From an uncultured Planctomycetia bacterium (GTDB lineage Bacteria > Planctomycetota > UBA8108): a DNA stretch of 60,609 nt. The stretch is taken from the NCBI GenBank assembly GCA_964390645.1, contig CAYMLL010000010.1:1-60609 (forward strand), in the 5' to 3' direction. Shown here piece by piece: positions 45,780 through 54,191 of the stretch. Every line of letters begins with the position of its first letter. Positions within the stretch are counted from its first letter, which is position 1. A program made the position numbers and the translations under genes. Below the pieces are notes generated by a model. That model saw only the letters and a list, made by a program, of their open reading frames with translations, did not search any database and was not told the DNA's origin.

Positions 45780-47180
45780 CTACCGCGCTCCGCGGACCTC
45801 GATGACGCTGCCACCCGAGGTGAAGCCGGCGCTACCGGGGCCGGCGGTCTCCGTCTGCTTGCAGTACTCGACGATGTAGAGCTTGCCGTGAGCGACGCAG
45901 ATGTCGACGGGCCGCGCCAGGCGATCCAGGAAGCGCTCGCAGACTGCGGCGACGCGCCCGTTCTCCTCGGAGAGTCGCACGTTCAAGACGTCGAAGCCGA
46001 TACGATTGTAGTTGACGAGGTTTCCGAAGCGCGCAAGAAAGAACGTGCCGGCGTAGCGTGCGGGAAGCTCCCCGGCCGAGTAGAACGCGAGCCCGGTGGG
46101 ACACGCGTGCGGGGTCAGGCTGTACATGGGTTTCTCTCCCAGGATTCCGCCGGGGCCGTCGTTGCGGATCGGCGGCTCGAACGTCATCCCCGCCGGCGGA
46201 GCCGGGCTGTCCGCATAGTCGGGCTTCTCCCCATCGCCGAAGACGTAGGGGAAACCGTAGTGCTTGCCCTCGCGGATATGGTTCAGCTCCTCGGGGTGGT
46301 CGGCCATCGGGCCGTTCTCCGCGTCGATCAGGCGTCCCTGGTCGTCCCAGTCGAAGCCGAACGGATTGCGATTGCCGCGTGAGAAGACGAACGGCTCCTG
46401 CTGACCCTGCGCCGGATCGAAGCGCAGAATCGACGCCGTGAAATCGCCACCGGCGAAGCCCGGGCCACCGGGGACGTCGGGGTGGGCACCCTCGCCGAGT
46501 CGGCTCACGTTCGCATCCTCGCCGGCCTCTCCATGGTCGGTTCGCGAGCCGCTGCCGAGGTAGATCATGCCGTCCGGGCCTTGCGCGATGCGACACGCGC
46601 CGTGGTTGAACCCGCCGACACCGTAGGGATAGCTGAAGGTTGTCCACAGCTTCGGAGCAGTCGGTCGGCCATCGCTGCCGATCCGGGCCGTGCGGTAGAT
46701 ATCGACGCGGTTGACGAAGACGTCGCCGGGAATCTGGACGTTCACGACGATGTACAGTCGCGCGTCGCGGTCGAGGGTCAGGCCGAGGCAGAGCGTCGCC
46801 CGCAGCGTGATCGGCGAGTTGACCAGGAGCGGGTCGACCGGCAAGGAGATGTTGACCTCCTGACGTTCCGGCTGATCGATGTAGCTCTGTCCTCTGAGCG
46901 CGAGAGTACGGGCGCCGCTCGTCGGGTTCAGCAGCCAGACGTCGCCGCCGTCACCGAGCACGTAGAGGTGCTCCGTGAGCGGATGTGCGCCGATGCGCAC
47001 GGGTTTCTGCTCGTCGCTCGAGAAGTCGGCACATCGACGAAGCTCGACGCCTTGCGGCGCTCGCGGCAGGGTCCGGGCGGGAACCCGGTCGTCGCGCCAG
47101 TTGTCGTCGACGGCGGTGACGGAGCAGCCGCCCAGCGCCAGGGTGATCGACGCGCCAAGAAGGGAGTTTCGGATGGGCAT
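45780..47180 (-). CDS. PQQ-dependent glucose/sorbosone dehydrogenase family lipoprotein
   Basis: Lipobox LGGC, FNHGACRIAQGPDGMIYLGSG, SRGNRNPFGFDW, EELNHIREGKHYGFP, PTGLAFY, RPVDI. Confidence 0.88.
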   Translation of the reverse strand: MPIRNSLLGASITLALGGCSVTAVDDNWRDDRVPARTLPRAPQGVELRRCADFSSDEQKPVRIGAHPLTEHLYVLGDGGDVWLLNPTSGARTLALRGQSYIDQPERQEVNISLPVDPLLVNSPITLRATLCLGLTLDRDARLYIVVNVQIPGDVFVNRVDIYRTARIGSDGRPTAPKLWTTFSYPYGVGGFNHGACRIAQGPDGMIYLGSGSRTDHGEAGEDANVSRLGEGAHPDVPGGPGFAGGDFTASILRFDPAQGQQEPFVFSRGNRNPFGFDWDDQGRLIDAENGPMADHPEELNHIREGKHYGFPYVFGDGEKPDYADSPAPPAGMTFEPPIRNDGPGGILGEKPMYSLTPHACPTGLAFYSAGELPARYAGTFFLARFGNLVNYNRIGFDVLNVRLSEENGRVAAVCERFLDRLARPVDICVAHGKLYIVEYCKQTETAGPGSAGFTSGGSVIEVRGAR

Positions 47181-47483
47181 TCGGCAACTCGCTCGTGGGT
47201 GGAAGATGGACGCTCGCATCCTGCGATGCAGATCGAGAATCGACAAGGGGTACGGCTCTCCGCGTGCCGCTCTTTTCCTTCTCGAGGAGCCCGAGTGGTG
47301 CCGAGCTCACAGCTTCGGTCGTTGTCTCGAAAGCTCCCCGCGGACGTGAAGACGCCGCTTGCGCCGTCGGCTGCAGCTCACCGTCTCCTCGTCTGCATCT
47401 CGTGGCGGCGTCGAACGCGGTGGTCCGTTCGCCGAACGACAGCGTCAGGCCGTCCCGTGCGAGAGGGTCCAGCCCGGTTCCGG

Positions 47484-47642
47484 GTGGCCGCCGGCACCAG
47501 GGACGCCGTCGAGGAAACCGCCGCGAACTTCTGCCGGGGCTGCGGCGCCGCGCTCGCCAGGCCCCGGCCCTGCGGCCGCTGCGGCGAGCTCATTGATCCC
47601 GACGCGCGCTTCTGCGACAACTGCGGCATGCGGATCGCGTGA
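47484..47642 (+). CDS. Small double zinc-ribbon protein or fragment (start uncertain; GTG 47346 also possible)
   Basis: FCRGCG...CGRCG...FCDNCG followed by TGA. The track shows it only as the tail of the shadow ORF 46482-47642. Confidence 0.6.
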   Translation: MAAGTRDAVEETAANFCRGCGAALARPRPCGRCGELIDPDARFCDNCGMRIA

Positions 47643-47780
47643 CCGCCATGATGGACCGGTTAGGGGGCCGGCCCGCGCACGGCGGAGCTTCGTGGCGACG
47701 AGGGAGAACGCGCCGTGGTCCGCACGGATCTGTTCACCTCTTCGCGCCGTGCAGTTCGACGATATCCGGAGTGCTCCGTC

Positions 47781-48584
47781 ATGATCGACCGTCCGATCGT
47801 CGCCTTCGACATCGAGACCATTCCCGATCCGGACGTCGGCAGACGCATCCTCGGTCTTTCAGGTGACGACCGGACGGTCGTCGAGGCGATGGTCGAGCGA
47901 CGGCTCGAGGAGACCGGAGGGGCCGGCAAGTATCCGCAGCTCCCTCACCACCGTGTCGTCACGGTGGGGGTGGCCCGGCTCGATCCGTCCACGGGTCGCT
48001 TCGACCTGGGAACGACGGGCGGGGCGGCGCTCGACGAGGCGAGCCACCTGCTGGGCTTCTTCGAGACCATCGCGAAGGCGGAGACTCCGCCGCGGCTGGT
48101 GTCCTGGAACGGGTCAGGCTTCGACCTGCCCGTGGTGCGCTACCGTTCGATGCTGCACGGGATCCCGGCGCCGGCGCTTCACGGCGGGGTCGGCGGTGAC
48201 AGCGCCGCGCCAGGCGACTACGGCAGGCGCCACGGCGATCTGCACATCGATCTGATGGACGTGCTGTCGGGCTACGGCGCTTCGCGCTGGGTGGGGCTGG
48301 GGACACTGGGCCGGCTCGTGGGGTTGCCGGAGATGTCGTTTCTGCAGGGCGAGGTCTACGAGCATGTCCTGAGCGGCGAGGAGGAGCGCGTGCGCGAGTA
48401 CTGCAAGCTCGACGTGGTCCATACGCTGCTGCTCTTCCTGCTGTGGCTCCTCCACCGGGGCGACCTGAGCCGCGACCGCCTCACGGAGCTCGTCGGCGCG
48501 GTCGCCGACCATCTGCAGGAGCACGACCACGCCGGCTGGAAGGACGTCGCGACCGGGCTGCGGAGCTGGCCAGGCGCGCGGTAG
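47781..48584 (+). CDS. PolB-related stand-alone 3'-5' exonuclease (DEDD)
   Basis: ExoI AFDIETIPD, ExoII SWNGSGFDLP, HIDLMD, ExoIII YCKLDV. Confidence 0.88.
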   Translation: MIDRPIVAFDIETIPDPDVGRRILGLSGDDRTVVEAMVERRLEETGGAGKYPQLPHHRVVTVGVARLDPSTGRFDLGTTGGAALDEASHLLGFFETIAKAETPPRLVSWNGSGFDLPVVRYRSMLHGIPAPALHGGVGGDSAAPGDYGRRHGDLHIDLMDVLSGYGASRWVGLGTLGRLVGLPEMSFLQGEVYEHVLSGEEERVREYCKLDVVHTLLLFLLWLLHRGDLSRDRLTELVGAVADHLQEHDHAGWKDVATGLRSWPGAR

Positions 48585-48751
48585 GGGCGCTACGAGGGAG
48601 CCCGGGTCGGGCTTCTCCCGGTCGTCGGTCGGTCGTCACCTGCAGTCGGTCGCGATTCCACCGTCTGCCGGGTCGCGCCGCGAGCGCGTCGCCGGATCGT
48701 CTCCGACTCGTGTGCTGCCACCGCGTCTCGACGGTCTGCGCACTTCTCCCC

Positions 48752-49936
48752 TCAGATCTCCAGCTCCGCGTACCGCGCGTTGCACGCGGTGTCGTAGGCG
48801 ATTCGCATTCGACGCGATCGCGGGAAGAGCTGCAGCGTCGCGGTCGTGTACCAGTACGACCCGTGGGTGCAGATCGTGTGGTCCCCGGCGACCCCGTCGG
48901 GCCCGTGATCCGCGAGCAGCGCGGCGAGGTCGTCCGCGCCCAGCGGCGCCGTCCCGTCGAGCAGCTCGGTGAAGCGTCGGTCGCGCCCCTTCGACGAGTC
49001 GTGCACCCGGCAGCCACGCACCGCCGTGGGCCCGCCCTCGGAGAACACCGCCTCCGGGTCGACCTCGACCGTCCTCATCGCCGCGGCGCGGAAGCGATTC
49101 GTATGGACGATCAGGTCCTCGCCCGCCTCCGGGCGCCTCAGCGCGCTGCGCGTGTTGGAGAGCTCCATCGACGCGATGTCGCCGCTCGCGTCCGCCAGCA
49201 TCAGGATGCCCCCGCCCCAGCGCGGCAGAGTCTCGAGAAGCTCCGCCGCCGCCGCCACCGTGCGGCAGCGCTCGAGCACCGTCGAGACCGCCATCGAGAT
49301 CGTCCCCGACCAGGTCGGCCGGTCCCGCACGTAGGCGTAGTCGTAGGTGACACAGAGCCCGTGCTCGTTCATCCCGTCCACCGCTCCGCAGAGCGCCGCG
49401 ATCGTGAAGTCGAGGGAGCGGTATCCACCCTGCGGCCGGCTGTCCCGGATCACGTAGAACGGCTGGATGAGCGGCAGGTAGTCGAAGTTCCTCGCGATCA
49501 CCGGCTCCCCGTCGGCCGACCTGGTCCCCCGCACCGCGATCGCCGAGCAGGCTCCGGGCGGCGGCACGACGGTCTTTCCCTCGACCGTCGCGACCAGCGG
49601 CTCCAGCGCGTTCAGGAGCCACACGGACCCTCGCGACAGCCCCGAGCCCGCCACGAGCCCGTCGAGCTTCCGCGACATCCCGTCGTGGTCCTTCCCGAGG
49701 CCGGACCAGGCCTTGCGGACCCTGCGCTCCGCCAGGCGCCGGAACAGGGGGAAGGGCAGCCACGCGGGACTCTCGAGCCGAAAGGCCTCGAGATCCCGCA
49801 GCGAAGCCAGCGCCCCGCGGATCTGCGTCCGCAGCGCCAGCCCCTGCTCGAAGCCCATCTCGTGGGGGCTTCCCCGGCAGACGACGTCCACCGAGGGCGC
49901 TCCGCGGCTCGGGCTCGTCGGTGGGGGTTCGGGCAT
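48752..49936 (-). CDS. C45-family Ntn-hydrolase/acyltransferase
   Basis: GSPHEMGFEQG, nucleophile context GACSAIAV, IARNFD, DGMNEHGL, HTNRF. Confidence 0.85.
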   Translation of the reverse strand: MPEPPPTSPSRGAPSVDVVCRGSPHEMGFEQGLALRTQIRGALASLRDLEAFRLESPAWLPFPLFRRLAERRVRKAWSGLGKDHDGMSRKLDGLVAGSGLSRGSVWLLNALEPLVATVEGKTVVPPPGACSAIAVRGTRSADGEPVIARNFDYLPLIQPFYVIRDSRPQGGYRSLDFTIAALCGAVDGMNEHGLCVTYDYAYVRDRPTWSGTISMAVSTVLERCRTVAAAAELLETLPRWGGGILMLADASGDIASMELSNTRSALRRPEAGEDLIVHTNRFRAAAMRTVEVDPEAVFSEGGPTAVRGCRVHDSSKGRDRRFTELLDGTAPLGADDLAALLADHGPDGVAGDHTICTHGSYWYTTATLQLFPRSRRMRIAYDTACNARYAELEI

Positions 49937-50528
49937 GACCGTGCGGCGCTCCCGTCGGGACGGACCTTCTCGGCCGCCCGGCCTGCCGGTCGGAAACGGC
50001 GCCTCGACCGGGACGGCGGCGACCCCGGACGACCGGCGATGCTATCGCAGGTGAGCGGCGGAAGCCACGGGTCGAGTCGTCGCCGGCCGGGAACGGTCCC
50101 GGCCGCCGGCTTCCGGCGCCGGCTGCGAACGACGCCTGGCGGTGTCGAGGAAGGCTCTCCCGCGTCTTCCCTTGCGGGGATCCTGCGGTTAGAACGGATA
50201 CGCGCGAGACGGGTCGCGGACTGCGGCGGTCGAGCCTCCCTGCAGCGATCGCAAGGCGAGCGAGCAGGGAGGGCCAGAAGAACGACGGCACTGCAGATCG
50301 GTATCCGCCTCGGCATCTGCGAGATCCTCTCGGCGCGGGCGCCATCGGCGAGGTGTACCCGGCGCGGGACACAGCTATCGAGCGCGAGGCCCGGCTGTCG
50401 GCGGCCCCGGACCCCGAGGCCCGAGGTCCCGGAGAGAATCGTCCCGGGTGACCCCTGACGTGAGACCGGTTCGGTGTTGTCACCGGACGCGGTTGCCGCG
50501 CGACCGGCTCCTTCTCGGAGGATGATCC

Positions 50529-51542
50529 ATGTCCAGTCGATCGACTCACGGTCCGGCACGAGAGCGGCCCGCCCGCCGGGACTTCATGCGGTCGGCAGCG
50601 GCCCTCGGGGTCTCCCTGGCGTTGCCATCTCCGATCACCGCGAACCTCGGTCGGCTGGAGAAGCCGGTCAAGCTCGGCCTGATCGCCGACCTCCATCACG
50701 ACGTCATGCACGACGGGCCGGAGCGTCTCGCCGCATTCCGCAAGGCCATGCAGGACGACCGGCCCGACGCCATCGTGCAGCTGGGCGACTTCGCCTACCC
50801 GAGCGCCGCGAACCGACCGCTCACCGATGCCTTTCGCAAGTCCCATCCCCGTGCGCTGCACGTCCTCGGCAACCACGACATCGACGGCGGCCACAGCTTC
50901 GAGCAGGTCGCCGGCCTCTGGGGCATGAAGGGCCGCTACTACACGGAGAGCATCGGTGGCTTGCAGCTCCTCGTGCTCGACGGCAACGAGAAGCCGCCGC
51001 AGCACCGCGGCGGCTATCCTGCCCACATCGGACCGCGGCAGCTCGACTGGCTGCGCTCGGAGCTCGCGCGGCTCGACGCGCCCGTGGTCGTCGTCTCTCA
51101 CCAGCCGCTGGCCGGCCCGTCTTGCATCGACAACGCCGAGGAGGTGCAGAAGGTCCTCAACGCGGCGGCGGACAAGGTGCTCCTGAGCGTCAACGGCCAC
51201 ACGCATATCGATCACCTCGTGCGTGCCGGCAAGATCATCAACCTGCACGTCAACTCGGCCTCCTACTACTGGGTCGGCGGGTCGCACCGGCACAGGAGCT
51301 ACCCCGAGGAGGTCCACTCGTCGCACCCCTACATCGAGTACACGTGTCCCTACGACAGGTCGCTCTTCACGACGCTGACCATCGATCCCGCCGGTGGTCG
51401 GATCCACCTGAAGGGCAGCGAGGCGCGCTGGGTCGGCAAGTCGCCCGCTCAGCTCGGGCTGGACTCCCACCCCGACCTCACCGACGGAGAGGAGATCTGT
51501 CCGCGAATTCGCGACCGCAGACTGCTGCGGCCGCCCGTCTGA
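50529..51542 (+). CDS. Tat-exported calcineurin-like metallophosphoesterase
   Basis: Tat motif RRDFM, ADLHHD, LGDF, LGNHD, SHQP, NGHTH. Confidence 0.88.
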   Translation: MSSRSTHGPARERPARRDFMRSAAALGVSLALPSPITANLGRLEKPVKLGLIADLHHDVMHDGPERLAAFRKAMQDDRPDAIVQLGDFAYPSAANRPLTDAFRKSHPRALHVLGNHDIDGGHSFEQVAGLWGMKGRYYTESIGGLQLLVLDGNEKPPQHRGGYPAHIGPRQLDWLRSELARLDAPVVVVSHQPLAGPSCIDNAEEVQKVLNAAADKVLLSVNGHTHIDHLVRAGKIINLHVNSASYYWVGGSHRHRSYPEEVHSSHPYIEYTCPYDRSLFTTLTIDPAGGRIHLKGSEARWVGKSPAQLGLDSHPDLTDGEEICPRIRDRRLLRPPV

Positions 51543-51572
51543 TCCGCCGGGCGCCGCCCCTTCACCCCACCG

Positions 51573-52736
51573 TCACCACAGACGCTCCGAGGCCAGCCGG
51601 GCGCCCTGCGCGAGGCTGCGAAACTTCTCCCAGACGATGCTGGGGTGGATCTCCTGCTCGGTGGCGGCGAAGGACGCGAAGCCGCAGTCGCTTCCGGCCA
51701 TGAGGTTCTCCCTGCCGACGACGCCGGCGAAGCGCACCAGGCGCTGGGCGATGAGCTCGGGGTGCTCGACCAGCGGCGTGGAGTGCGAGATGACGCCCGG
51801 GATCAGCGTCTTGCCCTCGGGCACCTCGACGTCCTCCCAGACCTGCCACTCGTGCTCGTGGCGCGGGTTGGCGGCCTCGAAGAGGTAGGCGCCGGCGCGG
51901 ACCTCGAGCACGATGTCGACGATGTCCGCGAGGTTCATCTCGTGGACGCGCGGGCCGATGTTGATGCCGTAGCAGGTGTGAAAGCGGACGCGGTCCTCGG
52001 GCAGCCCCTCGAGCGCGTGGTTGAGCGCCTCGACGCGCAGCGCCGCCCACTTGCGGCAATCCGCCACGCTGAGGTCGGGTCGCGAGATGTAGTAGGTGAG
52101 CAGGCGCGGGTCGTCGATCTGCAGCAGCAGGCCGGCGTCGACGATGGCCCGGTACTCCTCGCGCATCGCGGCGGCGATGGCGAAGAGGTACTCCTCGTCC
52201 GACCTGTAGAACGCGTTCGGCTGCTGGCCCTCCACGTCGGACGGCGAGACCGCGGTCATGAACATCTCCTCGACGCCGGTGGCAGCTGCGGCCGCCTGGA
52301 CGTTGGCGATGTCGCGCTCGAGGGCAGCGTGCCCGTCGTACTTCACCGGCCCCGTGCAGACGAGCTTCACCGGCGTCGCGACGAGCCCCTCGCGGGCCTT
52401 GCGGTGCGCGTCGTAGAACTCCGGGAAGGCGATCGTCTCCCGTGACTGCACCCACAGATCCTCGCCCTGGCGGTCGCTCGGCGAGAAGCCCTTCAGCCGC
52501 TGCGCGATGTAGGTGAGGAAGCTCGACTTGCTCTGCTCGCCGTCACAGACGATGTCGATGCCCGCCGCGGCCTGGCGCTCGACGCTGTCGGCGACCGCGT
52601 CGCGCACCAGAGACTCCAGCAGGTCGGCGTCGTGAGGCTCCCGCCGCTCCTTCGCGAAGAGGAGATCGAGGACGCCGCGCGGCCGCGCCAGGCTGCCGAC
52701 GTGGGTGGTGAGGATGCGGTCCGTGCTGCGCTTCAT
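51573..52736 (-). CDS. Cobalamin-independent methionine synthase II family protein (MetE C-domain-like)
   Basis: TTHVGSLARP, GIDIVCDGEQSK, LLQIDDP, Zn ligands HTCYG, EAANPRH and SDCGF. Confidence 0.9.
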   Translation of the reverse strand: MKRSTDRILTTHVGSLARPRGVLDLLFAKERREPHDADLLESLVRDAVADSVERQAAAGIDIVCDGEQSKSSFLTYIAQRLKGFSPSDRQGEDLWVQSRETIAFPEFYDAHRKAREGLVATPVKLVCTGPVKYDGHAALERDIANVQAAAAATGVEEMFMTAVSPSDVEGQQPNAFYRSDEEYLFAIAAAMREEYRAIVDAGLLLQIDDPRLLTYYISRPDLSVADCRKWAALRVEALNHALEGLPEDRVRFHTCYGINIGPRVHEMNLADIVDIVLEVRAGAYLFEAANPRHEHEWQVWEDVEVPEGKTLIPGVISHSTPLVEHPELIAQRLVRFAGVVGRENLMAGSDCGFASFAATEQEIHPSIVWEKFRSLAQGARLASERLW

Positions 52737-52793
52737 GACCGGATGGTCCCGATGGTCTCTGGTGATCGAGGGGAGGCGGACCGCGACCCGGCG

Positions 52794-54188
52794 TCAGGCG
52801 AGCAGCTCGTTGATGACCTCGCCGCCGAACTGGGAGAGCTGCTTGAAGCGGCCGCCGTGAAAATAGGTGAGCCGCTTGTCGTCGAGCCCGAGCAGGCGCA
52901 GGATCGTCACGTGCAGGTCACGGATCGGGTGGACGACGTCGACGGCCGCCTCGCCCATCTCGTCCGTGGCGCCCACCACGGCGCCCGCGTTGACGCCGCC
53001 GCCGGCGAGGAAGATCGGCATCGCCTTGTTGTTGTGGTCACGGCCGATGCGCTCGCCGCCACCCCGGATCCCGTTGTCCGGCGTGCGACCGAACTCCCCC
53101 GTCCAGACGATGAGGGTCTCGTCCAGCAGGCCGCGCTCCTCGAGATCGCGGATGAGGGCGGCGATCGGCCGGTCCACCGAGCGGATGCGCTCGGCGTGGG
53201 CTCGGGCGATGTAGTCGTGCGAGTCCCAGCCCGCGGTGTAGACCTGCACGAAGCGGACGCCGTTCTCGACCAGGCGGCGGGCCAGCAGGCAGCGGCGGCC
53301 GAAGTCCGCGGTGCGCCGGTCGTCGAGCCCGTAGCTCTGCCGCGTGGCCGCGTTCTCCCGGTCGATGTCGAGGATCCCCGGCACCTGCATCTGCATGCGG
53401 AACGCCAGCTCGTAGCTGTCCATGCGGGCCGCCAGCTCGTCGTGTTCCGGATGTTTCGCGGCGTGGACGCGGTTGAGGCTCGCCAGCAGGTCGAGGTCGG
53501 CTCGCTGCTGCTCGCGCGTGACGCCCGGCGGCGGCTGCAGATCGAGGATGGGCGAGCCCTCCGCGCGCAGAGTCGTGCCCTGGTAGTGCGGCGGCAGAAA
53601 GCCGCTCGACCAGTTCGCCGCGCCTCCCTGCGGAGACGCGACCTCGGGAAGGACGACGAAGCCCGGCAGGTCGCGATTCTCGGTGCCGAGGCCGTAGCTG
53701 ACCCACGACCCGATCGCCGGGTCGCCGCCGAAGCGGTTGCCGGTGTTCATGTGGTAGTTGGCGGTCGGGTGGTTGATCGACTCGCCCTGGCAGCCGCGGT
53801 AGATGCAGAGCCGGTCGGCGACGGTGGCGAGGTGCCTCCAGTGCTCGCAGAGGTCGATGCCCGCCTTGCCGGCCTTGCGGAACTCGAACGGGCTCTTCAC
53901 CCAGTAGCGCTGGCCGGAGCCCATGCCCGAGAGAAACTTGCTCGAGCGCTTGAACTTCTGCAGGTGCACCTCGGCCAGCTTCGGCTTGGGGTCGAAGGTG
54001 TCGATGTGACTCGGCCCGCCGGCCATGTAGAGGAAGATGCAGCGCTTCGCCCTGGCGTTCTCGAAGTGCGGCGGTCTGGGTGCGAGCGGCCCGGCGGAGT
54101 CCTGCTCGGCGCGCAGCATCGAGTGGAAGGCGACGGCTCCGAGGCCGCCGGTGAGCCCGTAGAGAAACTGTCGACGATCGAGCATCAC
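52794..54188 (-). CDS. DUF1501 domain protein (Tat signal)
   Basis: DRRQFL, AKRCIFLYMAGGPSHIDTFDPKP, LLARRLVENGVRFV, WDSH, GEFGRTP, DLHVTILRLLG. Confidence 0.93.
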   Translation of the reverse strand: MMLDRRQFLYGLTGGLGAVAFHSMLRAEQDSAGPLAPRPPHFENARAKRCIFLYMAGGPSHIDTFDPKPKLAEVHLQKFKRSSKFLSGMGSGQRYWVKSPFEFRKAGKAGIDLCEHWRHLATVADRLCIYRGCQGESINHPTANYHMNTGNRFGGDPAIGSWVSYGLGTENRDLPGFVVLPEVASPQGGAANWSSGFLPPHYQGTTLRAEGSPILDLQPPPGVTREQQRADLDLLASLNRVHAAKHPEHDELAARMDSYELAFRMQMQVPGILDIDRENAATRQSYGLDDRRTADFGRRCLLARRLVENGVRFVQVYTAGWDSHDYIARAHAERIRSVDRPIAALIRDLEERGLLDETLIVWTGEFGRTPDNGIRGGGERIGRDHNNKAMPIFLAGGGVNAGAVVGATDEMGEAAVDVVHPIRDLHVTILRLLGLDDKRLTYFHGGRFKQLSQFGGEVINELLA

Positions 54189-54191
54189 GGA

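Noticed and set aside
52737-52793. Possible SAM or cobalamin riboswitch ahead of the MetE-like gene
   Set aside because: Only 57 nt of intergenic space and no aptamer motifs.
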